From: an uncultured Verrucomicrobiota bacterium
Lineage (GTDB): Bacteria > Verrucomicrobiota > Kiritimatiellia > RFP12 > UBA1067
DNA: 64,000 nucleotides
Assembly: GCA_946055075.1 (NCBI GenBank)
Contig: CAMGEN010000001.1
Location: 17,137-81,136, forward strand
Direction of reading: 5' to 3'
In this document: in pieces, positions 39,382-47,721 of the stretch
Numbering within the stretch: position 1 is the first letter of the stretch
How the letters are laid out: every line of letters starts with the position of its first letter
Position numbers and translations under genes: made by a program
The notes under the pieces: generated by a model
Seen by the model: the letters and a program-made list of their open reading frames with translations, nothing else
Told to the model about the DNA's origin: nothing
Databases searched by the model: none

Positions 39382-41148
39382 ATGAACTATACTATACCCC
39401 GGAAACGCGAGTTGAGGCGAGAAATGGGTGTGATCTACATGGCTTTGGATGCCGTTACGAAATTTATGGCCAAATGGCTAGATGATAATCTGAAAACGTT
39501 GTCTTCGGATTATTGGGATAGGTATGTCGTTTCATCACTTTACGAGTCTCAGAGGAAGACCTTGGCGGAGAATGGTGCTAAGTCTTTGTTTGATTTGGAC
39601 CAGCCTACGATTTTGAGTGTTTTCCTTCAAAACAAGCAATTGCTTACTAGTAAGTTCGGAGTCGATCAACAGCTGTTTGGGGATGCCCATCGGATTAAAG
39701 ACATACGAAATAAGTATTTCCATAAAAATTCTAAACCTTTGGCCGCTAGTAGATATAAGCATGATCTTGGGACTATGAAATTGTTCTTGGAGGGACTTGG
39801 CGCGCCGGCAGACGTTGTTGCTGATATATGTGATTCGTGTGATAATGAGGGTGAAACGCCATCGGTGTCGTCGCGTGTAAATGACACGGTTATAAAGATT
39901 CCTGTTCCGCGGGTTGATAGCGCGATAGCTGTTGGAGTAAATTCTGATGCAAAGGGTACCCAGAGGCAAAAAGATATTGTAAGAGCAGTGAAAGTTGTTC
40001 GTAATTCGCCTCTTGCTGTTGGGGCTATGCCGCAAACGCTGTTTAGTGAATCAAGCCTGTTGTCCATGTGGCATAGGCCAGATGAGCTTTATGCAAGCAT
40101 TAAGAATTGTCTCAAGTTGGATTTTGACGAGTATAAATTTGGGAAGTGTTTGCTATATAGGCCAGAAGACAGGGTGCCCTCGGAATTGTCACTAGGTACT
40201 GGGTGGCAATGGGCAATTGTATTGCAAATATTCGAGGCTGATAAGGTTCGCATTGCCAAGGAGATAGCTAAGTTCAATCGTTTTGACGTGGAATGCAGCG
40301 TAACAGGAGATTATGCGGTGTGGAAATATGCATCGCCTCAAGGCAATCACGAAAGGGCCGCCGAAATTTCACAAATTGTATTTTTGCCTAACTGGTATGT
40401 AGATGCAATTGCGTCAACTCGCGGAGCAAAATATCAGAGGGATCGTTTAGGGGTTCGTCAAACCTTACAGGCTTCAGATGATGTGCGACGATTATATCTA
40501 GGAACATATGCGCCGCGTTCATTTGCGGAAATGGTGGCCATAGCAGATTATACATTTTCAATGCATCCTGAATGTGTAAAGAATCTCGGCGCGGAGATTT
40601 CTATTTGCGATCTTGGAAGCGGTAGTGGTCCGGCGACAATGGGGTTAATTTGGAGCCTGAAGAAGCTACGGCTGAGCTCTATTAGAAGAATTGTTGTCTA
40701 TGCCATAGATGGTAATGATTCAGCGTTGAAATTATTTGAGGAATTGTTGCATAGATTGCGTGGCGCTTGGGAGTCGGTTGAAATAGTTCTAAAGGCAGAG
40801 CGTAGTTTGTTGGATGACCAGACATTCGTGCCCTGTTGCTCGCAGGTGGATTTTGTAATATCTTCAAAATTTGTTCAAGAATTGCATTCGGAGAATGATA
40901 TTGGGCAGATGGAACAAATGGCTAATGCTATTTTGAAAACGGGTGGGATTTCCTACTGGATGGCGAATCCGGGAATCAATCTTGGTGCCGATAAACAGAT
41001 GGCGGCTTCAACATGCGGTAATGAAGTTATTGTGTCAAAAATAGGATTGAATATTCGAGTGTGCGGTATTCGTGGATGCGATGAATCTGTTGAAGAGGCA
41101 ATCTCCTTTAAGGTCGAAAGAAAGCTAACATCTAAATTAGGAGGATAA
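39382..41148 (+). CDS. HEPN-domain (Rx4H) N-terminus fused to a class I SAM-dependent methyltransferase domain
   Basis: 589 aa from the ATG at 39382, 1 nt after the CARF stop. The N-terminal IKDIRNKYFHKNS has the HEPN R-N-x3-H motif. The C-terminal ICDLGSGSGPATMGL (motif I) and VVYAIDGNDSAL (motif II) mark a Rossmann MTase. No NPPY/DPPW motif was seen. Confidence 0.6.
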   Translation: MNYTIPRKRELRREMGVIYMALDAVTKFMAKWLDDNLKTLSSDYWDRYVVSSLYESQRKTLAENGAKSLFDLDQPTILSVFLQNKQLLTSKFGVDQQLFGDAHRIKDIRNKYFHKNSKPLAASRYKHDLGTMKLFLEGLGAPADVVADICDSCDNEGETPSVSSRVNDTVIKIPVPRVDSAIAVGVNSDAKGTQRQKDIVRAVKVVRNSPLAVGAMPQTLFSESSLLSMWHRPDELYASIKNCLKLDFDEYKFGKCLLYRPEDRVPSELSLGTGWQWAIVLQIFEADKVRIAKEIAKFNRFDVECSVTGDYAVWKYASPQGNHERAAEISQIVFLPNWYVDAIASTRGAKYQRDRLGVRQTLQASDDVRRLYLGTYAPRSFAEMVAIADYTFSMHPECVKNLGAEISICDLGSGSGPATMGLIWSLKKLRLSSIRRIVVYAIDGNDSALKLFEELLHRLRGAWESVEIVLKAERSLLDDQTFVPCCSQVDFVISSKFVQELHSENDIGQMEQMANAILKTGGISYWMANPGINLGADKQMAASTCGNEVIVSKIGLNIRVCGIRGCDESVEEAISFKVERKLTSKLGG

Positions 41149-41151
41149 GCA

Positions 41152-42351
41152 ATGGCACGTCCGATGTATGTTAAGGTATCTGACATTCAGAAAGATGACG
41201 ATCAGTATAGAATTTACAACTTACCGCCAGACGCAAAGTATGTTGTTTCCGGTTGCGCGGGGAGTGGCAAGTCATCGCTCGCGTTGTTGTTCCTTGAAAG
41301 AGCCTTGCAAAGTGGTGAGGATGATAATACTCCGAATCAAGTATATTACATTGCGACGGTACATGAACTTGTTGAATGCGTTAGGAAACAGTTTGCTCGC
41401 TTTGCCACTGTTCCTAAATATAATGATTATGCTATAACTGGAGCGGCGTGGGCAGCCGGCAGCATATCTGATTTGCAACGTCGGGGTCAAAATCAGCACG
41501 GACCGTTTTTGATTCGTGGAAGGGAATGTATGAAATGCAATCCGCGTGGGTACAATAATGATTGGATTGATTTGAAAATTAACAAGCAACCCGATTATCT
41601 GCTAATTGATGAGGCGCAGGATTTTGATTTGCCGACACTAAAGAGCTTCGCTTCGTCGGTGAATAAGGGGTGCGTATTTTACGGAGATGATGCACAGAAG
41701 ATAATTGCTAATGGAACAAATTTAGACGACCTTTGCGCGGAGCTTCGAATTCAACGGCATTGTCTGAAGCGGAATTGGCGACTTTCCAAGGAGGTTGCGA
41801 AATTTGCTCAAGAGCTTCCTGGTAAAAAAGCAGATGATGATTTTGTAAGAAGATGCCGCGGAGAATACCAAGAAAAGCCGATTGTTTATGGATGTGCTAA
41901 TGAAGACATGATGGTGCAGTATATTCTGGAACGATGCCAAAAGGCAACAGTGGATGATGATATAGGTATTGTTTTGAGGAGTAATCAACAAATTCATAGA
42001 TGGTATCAGCACTTTAAGAACGTGCTTGGTGATAATATGGTTTCGGCTAGATACAGTTATGATACACTCTCGCCATTTGGAATTCCGACATCGCATTATG
42101 ACTATTTGCGGGAAACGCCTGTGAAAATTGTGCGTTATGAGGATGCAAAGGGACAGCAGTTTCGCGATGTTTATGTAATTGCAGATGATGCACTTATGAA
42201 TGATCCGTTAGGGATGAGTTGCTTTTACGTCGGTGTGACGAGGGCAGAACGCTACTTATATGTGCTGTATCAGGGTGGTAAACCAGCATTCCTTGAGAAC
42301 GTCGATCCTGATGTATACAGAACTTCAGATGTTAAGGAAATCAATTTCTAA
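41152..42351 (+). CDS. compact UvrD/Rep-like superfamily-1 helicase/ATPase
   Basis: 399 aa. Walker A VVSGCAGSGKSS, Walker B/motif II DYLLIDEAQDF, motif III VFYGDDAQKI and motif VI SCFYVGVTRAERYLYVLY. Confidence 0.65.
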   Translation: MARPMYVKVSDIQKDDDQYRIYNLPPDAKYVVSGCAGSGKSSLALLFLERALQSGEDDNTPNQVYYIATVHELVECVRKQFARFATVPKYNDYAITGAAWAAGSISDLQRRGQNQHGPFLIRGRECMKCNPRGYNNDWIDLKINKQPDYLLIDEAQDFDLPTLKSFASSVNKGCVFYGDDAQKIIANGTNLDDLCAELRIQRHCLKRNWRLSKEVAKFAQELPGKKADDDFVRRCRGEYQEKPIVYGCANEDMMVQYILERCQKATVDDDIGIVLRSNQQIHRWYQHFKNVLGDNMVSARYSYDTLSPFGIPTSHYDYLRETPVKIVRYEDAKGQQFRDVYVIADDALMNDPLGMSCFYVGVTRAERYLYVLYQGGKPAFLENVDPDVYRTSDVKEINF

Positions 42352-42356
42352 TAGTC

Positions 42357-44183
42357 ATGAAATACTACTTCCCGACCTCAACGTTGAATTTTGATGCGAT
42401 AGCATCTTCTATGTGCATTATGCCGGCTTCGTTTTACAGAGATGGAGCAGTTGGGTTTTCCCGCTATACGCGGAGCGCGGTTGATCGTGATGATAATAGC
42501 TGCTATTTGTATTCCCGACCAATTACATGGAATCATTCTATGAGTGATTCCGTTGACTATCCCATGCTGGTTGAGATAGAAGATGATAAACTGTCACTTA
42601 TTGGAAGGAAATGTGAGATGACTGGAGATGTTGACGTAATTCGTATTACTTCTCCATATTATTTTACGGCATCGAGTATTGTCACGCGGCGCATTCGGTT
42701 TTTGTTTAGGAATCAGGATGAACTTAAACTGATAGTCAATCGCACTCGGGCTAACGTGGCGGAGTGCAAAAGTCTTGGTGTAGCCGAGGCGTGGGGCGTG
42801 GATAACTTTGCAGTGATTGAAGGTGTTGACAAGCTTGTTGACTTTAACACGCTTAATGGCGGAATGATGTTCACGCAGGAGGATGGCAGTATGTGTCAAC
42901 CAGGAATATGGTCTGACTATGTGTATCAAGACCGGCTCGATGGCGCAAGGGTCGGCTTTAGGGCTGGGCAGTGGTTTCGCGCCATTATCACGGGGAAATT
43001 TATTGACACGATGCGAGAGCCGCTGACGTTTGAAATATGGCGGGATTCGTTGACACCCGAGTTTAATGCGCTTTTGGATATGATTTGCGGGGATGAGAAA
43101 CTCAAGTGGGATGTAAATCGTGATGCGGTTGTGGATTTCTGTGCCAGATGCTGGAAGGAGTGTCTTGCGAAGTCACATGATGAGGCAAGGCATGAAATAT
43201 TGAGATGTATAGCGAGGAGCATTGCCGACACAAGATATGTGTATCCTATAGATAGGATTCAAGATCCAGAAATGCAGGCCTTGGCGTGCTTCGTTGCCGC
43301 TGGGAAGCGAGAGGGGACGCTTGTAAATTTGCTGAAAACAGAACATATTCAGCTTCCTGAACTTGCTTTGTCGTTGCATGGCGCACTTGTTGGATACTCA
43401 ATTATGTCGCGGGCGCTATTTGAGAAAAGAAGTTATATTGACGAGGAAGCGAAATCGGAAGACGCGCCAATGGCACGAGGTGCAGCGAAGCAAAAATCTC
43501 CTGCGATAGATATGCAAGGACAAGAAGCTTCTCTTGGAATAAAGACCCAGGCCAATGTCTCGTGTGAGTCTTCTGGCGGAGATTTACCAGGATGGGCCAG
43601 ACAGATTTGGGAGAATGTCAAGGGTCTCGTTAGTTTCGCCAAGATCAAGGGGAAGAAGCGGGTACAGGTTGAGAAGGCTCTGTTTCAGGCGCTGAGTGAA
43701 TGCAAGGATGAGCGTGCGTTGTTGCGAGTCCTTCCCGGAAAGTATCAAGCTGATGGCTGGGGACGTCGGACTGCGCTTTATAAGGATTTGAAGAACTCAA
43801 TAGAAGTGGCGAAAGCTGGAATGCCAATAGATGGGGATTTGTTCAACCAGTCGAGTATGCTCAAGTCATTCGATTCTCGTTTGTTGATATATGATCAAGG
43901 GTTGATGGAAGAAATAGCAAAGCGATTTGCAAATATTGGAGACGAAAGGCTTCGGCTGTTACGAGACGTTGTGAGAAAGTTTGTTGCGAAATATGTTGCA
44001 GGTTACTACGGGCAACATCCGGATAGATACAAACAGGAAAATTCGGACCTGATTGATCATATGATCAAATGCTTTATTTCGCCAATCACTCCAGATTTGA
44101 ACTTTAAGTTTGAAGGAGATGAGGAAAATTCATTCGTTGCATTTCTCGAAGAACGATATCATTGTAAAAGAAATACGCATTGA
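42357..44183 (+). CDS. large hypothetical protein of the island operon (no recognisable domain)
   Basis: 608 aa, low GC and soluble. No motif was recognised by eye. Confidence 0.5.
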   Translation: MKYYFPTSTLNFDAIASSMCIMPASFYRDGAVGFSRYTRSAVDRDDNSCYLYSRPITWNHSMSDSVDYPMLVEIEDDKLSLIGRKCEMTGDVDVIRITSPYYFTASSIVTRRIRFLFRNQDELKLIVNRTRANVAECKSLGVAEAWGVDNFAVIEGVDKLVDFNTLNGGMMFTQEDGSMCQPGIWSDYVYQDRLDGARVGFRAGQWFRAIITGKFIDTMREPLTFEIWRDSLTPEFNALLDMICGDEKLKWDVNRDAVVDFCARCWKECLAKSHDEARHEILRCIARSIADTRYVYPIDRIQDPEMQALACFVAAGKREGTLVNLLKTEHIQLPELALSLHGALVGYSIMSRALFEKRSYIDEEAKSEDAPMARGAAKQKSPAIDMQGQEASLGIKTQANVSCESSGGDLPGWARQIWENVKGLVSFAKIKGKKRVQVEKALFQALSECKDERALLRVLPGKYQADGWGRRTALYKDLKNSIEVAKAGMPIDGDLFNQSSMLKSFDSRLLIYDQGLMEEIAKRFANIGDERLRLLRDVVRKFVAKYVAGYYGQHPDRYKQENSDLIDHMIKCFISPITPDLNFKFEGDEENSFVAFLEERYHCKRNTH

Positions 44184-45151
44184 TGGATTATAATGGGATG
44201 TTGAAGCCTGTGATTGTATCCGCGAGTCGCTCGACGGATATTCCTGCTTTTTATGCAGATTGGTTCTTGGAGCGGCTGAGGGCGGGATATTGCAATTGGG
44301 TGAATCCGTTTAATCGGGAAGTGTTTCGGGTTTCGTTTGAAGATGTTCGGATGATTGTGTTTTGGTCAAAGAACCCAAAGCCGATGATTGAACGGTTGGA
44401 TGAGCTGGAGGCGCTTGGATTTAAGAATTACTATTTTCAGTTTACACTGAATGACTATGTGCGTGAAGGTCTTGAGCCGAATGTCCCGCCGGTCGAGAAT
44501 CGGATTGAGACGTTTAAGGTCCTTGCGAAGCGAATTGGCAAGGAACGTGTAATCTGGCGATATGATCCGTTGATTCTTTCCGATGATTTATCGGTTGATG
44601 CTCTTCTGGAGCGTATCGCGAGAATAGGCAAGGAGTTGCGTGGGTCAACTGAGAAGCTTATTTTCAGTTTCGCAGATATACAGGATTATCGGAAGGTTGC
44701 TAAAAATCTGGCGGGGACCACTTGTCGCGAATTCACGGCCGCGGAAAAGATTGTGTTTGCCAAAGGGCTGCGCGAGATCAATCTTGATTTGGGGTTGGAA
44801 ATGGCGACTTGCGCGGAGGACATTGATCTTTCTGTATACGGTATTAAGCATAACAAGTGCGTCGATGATGAGCTGATGATGCGCCTGTTCAACACGGATT
44901 CCAAGCTGATGGAGTTTATCGGCGCGGAATACGACATGATTGATGGCTGGTTGATTAAGAAATCCAAGAAGGACAAAGGCCAGCGCAAAGCGTGTGGCTG
45001 CGTGATCAGCAAGGACGTCGGCATGTACAACACTTGTCCGCATCTTTGCAAATATTGCTATGCAAATGCTTCGGATGCTATTGTAATGAGGAATTTTAAG
45101 CATTGCAGTGAACGCCAGTATGACGATCTTCTGGTTTGTGAATTAGGATAA
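44180..45151 (+). CDS. DUF1848-like protein with C-terminal Cys cluster (CxCx12CPHxCxYCYAN)
   Basis: 323 aa. The C-terminal ACGCVISKDVGMYNTCPHLCKYCYANASD is a five-Cys metal/Fe-S-like cluster typical of the DUF1848 family. It overlaps the upstream gene by 4 nt. Confidence 0.5.
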   Translation: MMDYNGMLKPVIVSASRSTDIPAFYADWFLERLRAGYCNWVNPFNREVFRVSFEDVRMIVFWSKNPKPMIERLDELEALGFKNYYFQFTLNDYVREGLEPNVPPVENRIETFKVLAKRIGKERVIWRYDPLILSDDLSVDALLERIARIGKELRGSTEKLIFSFADIQDYRKVAKNLAGTTCREFTAAEKIVFAKGLREINLDLGLEMATCAEDIDLSVYGIKHNKCVDDELMMRLFNTDSKLMEFIGAEYDMIDGWLIKKSKKDKGQRKACGCVISKDVGMYNTCPHLCKYCYANASDAIVMRNFKHCSERQYDDLLVCELG

Positions 45152-45155
45152 GGAC

Positions 45156-45575
45156 ATGGATGCAATACCACTTAGATGGCTTGAAAAGGCGAGGTCGGAA
45201 ATTGATGCGTATGATCAGTTTGTGTCGGCATACATCGCAATGAACTATCTTTATGGTGGTCGGAGCGAATCGTCTGAATTGAAGCGATTTGTGAATTGCG
45301 CAATGGAGATTTGTGAAATGTCCAACGTTGATCCCTTTTCGTTCGAACATACGGAATATTTGGCTGACGGCGTATTGAATATGCACCCCAAACATGTTGG
45401 AGAGCGTGTTGCGGTCATTTCTGGAGATCGAGTTTCATTGTTCTCTGCGATTTACTTGGTTCGATGTAATTTGTTTCATGGAAATAAAGATGTTGCGTGC
45501 GAGCGAGACATGCGTTTGTCGGCGCAAGGTGGAGGAATCTTAATTGGGATTTTAACAGCGCTTAGTCACGCGTGA
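45156..45575 (+). CDS. small HEPN-domain protein (RxxxxHG motif)
   Basis: 139 aa. LFSAIYLVRCNLFHGNKD contains an Rx4HG HEPN catalytic motif. It is the last gene of the operon. Confidence 0.55.
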   Translation: MDAIPLRWLEKARSEIDAYDQFVSAYIAMNYLYGGRSESSELKRFVNCAMEICEMSNVDPFSFEHTEYLADGVLNMHPKHVGERVAVISGDRVSLFSAIYLVRCNLFHGNKDVACERDMRLSAQGGGILIGILTALSHA

Positions 45576-45670
45576 GTTTCTGGGAGTGGATATCTGCGGA
45601 TATCCAATTGGCTGTATGCGGGACGTAGATATGAGATACTACCCTTGTCAACGAAAGAAAGGACAAGGGA

Positions 45671-46036
45671 ATGTACGAGTTTCATGGAACAGTTAAGCGT
45701 GTGGGTGAACTTCAGAAGTTCTCCAGCGGATTTGAGAAGCAGGATCTGATTGTCGAAGAAGACAAAGACGGCAGCTGGCCGAATGTGGTTGCTTTCACGT
45801 TTAAGAAGAATGCGATTTCAAAATTGGCGGGTGTAACCGCAGGCGCTCATGTAAAAGTTGGTTTTGTTATCGATGGTCGCGAGTGGACCGATTCCAAGAC
45901 GGGCAAGGTGAAATATTTCTCAGACTTGACCGCTTTGAGGCTGGAGGTTGATGGTCATCGCGAACTTGTACCTGAACCTGCGGATCCGCCAGGAGGGGAT
46001 CCTTTTGCGGATGATAACGAGGAACCCCCATTCTAA
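45671..46036 (+). CDS. DUF3127-family small protein with SSB-like acidic C-terminal tail (..DDNEEPPF)
   Basis: 121 aa. The FSSGF.K.DL...FTFKKN...GxxVKVxFxIDGREWTDSKTGKVKYF core is OB-fold/SSB-like. It is a paralogue of 56066-56452. Confidence 0.55.
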   Translation: MYEFHGTVKRVGELQKFSSGFEKQDLIVEEDKDGSWPNVVAFTFKKNAISKLAGVTAGAHVKVGFVIDGREWTDSKTGKVKYFSDLTALRLEVDGHRELVPEPADPPGGDPFADDNEEPPF

Positions 46037-46045
46037 GGAGTTTGC

Positions 46046-46189
46046 ATGGGAAGCGGAGATTTTGAGCCGGAGGGTTGGAGCGCGTTTGATGACCACGGGG
46101 CGCATGGCGAGAATGGTAATGCTGGATGCGCGGCGGTTTTCATCGTGATTGCGATTGTGACGGTTATCGGGAAGGTCGCGGGATGTTGA
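46046..46189 (+). CDS. small membrane peptide (47 aa) candidate
   Basis: SD AAGGAG at 46035-46040. MGSGDFEPEGWSAFDDHGAHGENGNAGCAAVFIVIAIVTVIGKVAGC has a C-terminal TM helix. It is below the ORF-track size cutoff. Confidence 0.3.
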   Translation: MGSGDFEPEGWSAFDDHGAHGENGNAGCAAVFIVIAIVTVIGKVAGC

Positions 46190-46297
46190 TAGCGCCGTAA
46201 TGTCTCTCGCCGAGAGACATTGGAGGGGAATGAGGTTATTGTTGCTTGCAGTGTGGTAAAATGTGCGCCATCTTCAACAAAGAAAGGAGGCGCAATA

Positions 46298-46381
46298 ATG
46301 CGTGAGTTCTGGGTTACGATAGGTGCAATGGTAGTCGGATACTTGATGTATCTCGGTATAAAGTCACTGGGTGGGAAATAA
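46298..46381 (+). CDS. small hydrophobic peptide (27 aa) candidate
   Basis: A strong SD AAAGGAGG at 46283-46290 precedes MREFWVTIGAMVVGYLMYLGIKSLGGK. Confidence 0.35.
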   Translation: MREFWVTIGAMVVGYLMYLGIKSLGGK

Positions 46382-46393
46382 CGGGAGGTCGTG

Positions 46394-46471
46394 ATGTTGG
46401 CTCAATATATTATCGCCGCGATGATAATCACACTGATCGGAATCGTCATTTCGGTCATCAAACGTAAGTAA
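46394..46471 (+). CDS. small hydrophobic peptide (25 aa) candidate
   Basis: SD GGGAGG at 46383-46388 precedes MLAQYIIAAMIITLIGIVISVIKRK (single TM, basic C-terminus). Confidence 0.35.
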   Translation: MLAQYIIAAMIITLIGIVISVIKRK

Positions 46472-46500
46472 CATGAACGGGATCGGTGGGTGGGTTAACG

Positions 46501-47652
46501 ATGTTTACAGATAGAGAGCTTGAGCTCGTCAAGGAATTCGACGCGGAAGATTATGATGGCTTTCTGCGCGAATCGGCGGACGTGAAGTCCGAGTGGATCC
46601 TTGGGTATTATCGGTTTTGCTGCTTCGCGTACGGACGTGGAGTTCCGCGAGATCGGATCGCTGCGCGAAAAGAACTTGTACCCGTACTGGGCAAGATCGT
46701 CGCTGAAGCCGAATCCGGTGACGGTGTGGCACAGAACACGATGGGGGTCCTGATGGAGTTCGGATATCCTACGGAATCCGGATTCGTGCCTCCTGACGCC
46801 GTGTCCGCTAAGAAGTGGTATCTGCGTTCGGCGGAGTCCGGCTGCGTCAAGGGGCAGTACAATTACGGAAGAATGTGCAAGGATGGAAAGGGTGGCGGTA
46901 GAGATGCTGAAGAAGCCTTGAAATGGTGGCGGGCGAGCGCTGACCAGGGGGATTCAAAGACGCAGTATGCACTTGCAAGATATCTTTCACAACTACGGAA
47001 GACTTCTGAAGCAGGGCTTATCGCCCGGTATTTACGGAGTGCGGCGGCGGCAGGTCTGGCAGATGCGAGCAGAGTCGTTGGACATTGCGCGGACGACTTG
47101 TCGGATTCCCGGGTCTATGCAGAGCTGTTGATCGACATTGCCGGGCAGGAGCTGAAACGGCGTCGCGATCCTTTCGTGGGTGTGTGTTTCAGTATAAACG
47201 TATCAGACGACAGTTGGCTGCTGGCAAATCAGCCCAAAGGATCGAAGGTGCCGCCGGCTGGAGAGCCTGGTAAGGTCGCGATTCCGGACCTGAAACGGAC
47301 TAATGCATCGTTTTCGGCGATGCTGATAAAATATGTCAGAGATCGGTTCGGAGGTGATGCGCCTAGTGTGTATCGTGCGGCTCGTATCAACCGTAAAACA
47401 TATTCGGCCATCATCAGTAACGAACTTCGCGCCGTATCCAAGCGAACGGCGGTTGCTTTTGCGTTTGCGCTGAGACTGTCGCGAACAGAGGCGGATGAAT
47501 TGCTACGGACAGCAGGATTTGCATTCTCGATGTCGATTTTGGAGGATATAATCTTCGGTGCCTGTATTGACGCTGGCATTTATGATCTTGCGCGGGTGAA
47601 TCAGATTCTTGTGAATCATCAAGCGCGTCCATTCCCAGATCCTGAGGATTGA
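46501..47652 (+). CDS. Sel1-repeat protein with C-terminal XRE-type HTH
   Basis: About 383 aa. Sel1-like repeats (A.KWY.RSAESG..KGQYNYGRMCKDGKG, ALKWWRASADQGDSKTQYALA) are followed by an HTH (YRAARINRKTYSAIISNE...RTAVAFAFALRLSRTEADELL). Confidence 0.55.
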   Translation: MFTDRELELVKEFDAEDYDGFLRESADVKSEWILGYYRFCCFAYGRGVPRDRIAARKELVPVLGKIVAEAESGDGVAQNTMGVLMEFGYPTESGFVPPDAVSAKKWYLRSAESGCVKGQYNYGRMCKDGKGGGRDAEEALKWWRASADQGDSKTQYALARYLSQLRKTSEAGLIARYLRSAAAAGLADASRVVGHCADDLSDSRVYAELLIDIAGQELKRRRDPFVGVCFSINVSDDSWLLANQPKGSKVPPAGEPGKVAIPDLKRTNASFSAMLIKYVRDRFGGDAPSVYRAARINRKTYSAIISNELRAVSKRTAVAFAFALRLSRTEADELLRTAGFAFSMSILEDIIFGACIDAGIYDLARVNQILVNHQARPFPDPED

Positions 47653-47721
47653 CGTTTTCAGGACCATGTAAGATCGTCGTGTCCGCGGTGAGTAAGGGTT
47701 GGTTCTAGTGATGTTTGGGTT

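Larger units (their letters stand above)
37237..45575 (+). other. low-GC putative horizontally acquired island: Fic remnant + six-gene CARF/HEPN operon
   Basis: Composition drops visibly from 39.4 to 45.6 kb. The genes have no housekeeping homologues. The island is bounded by the mscS terminator on the left, and high-GC genes resume on the right. No integrase or flanking direct repeats were seen. Confidence 0.6.
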
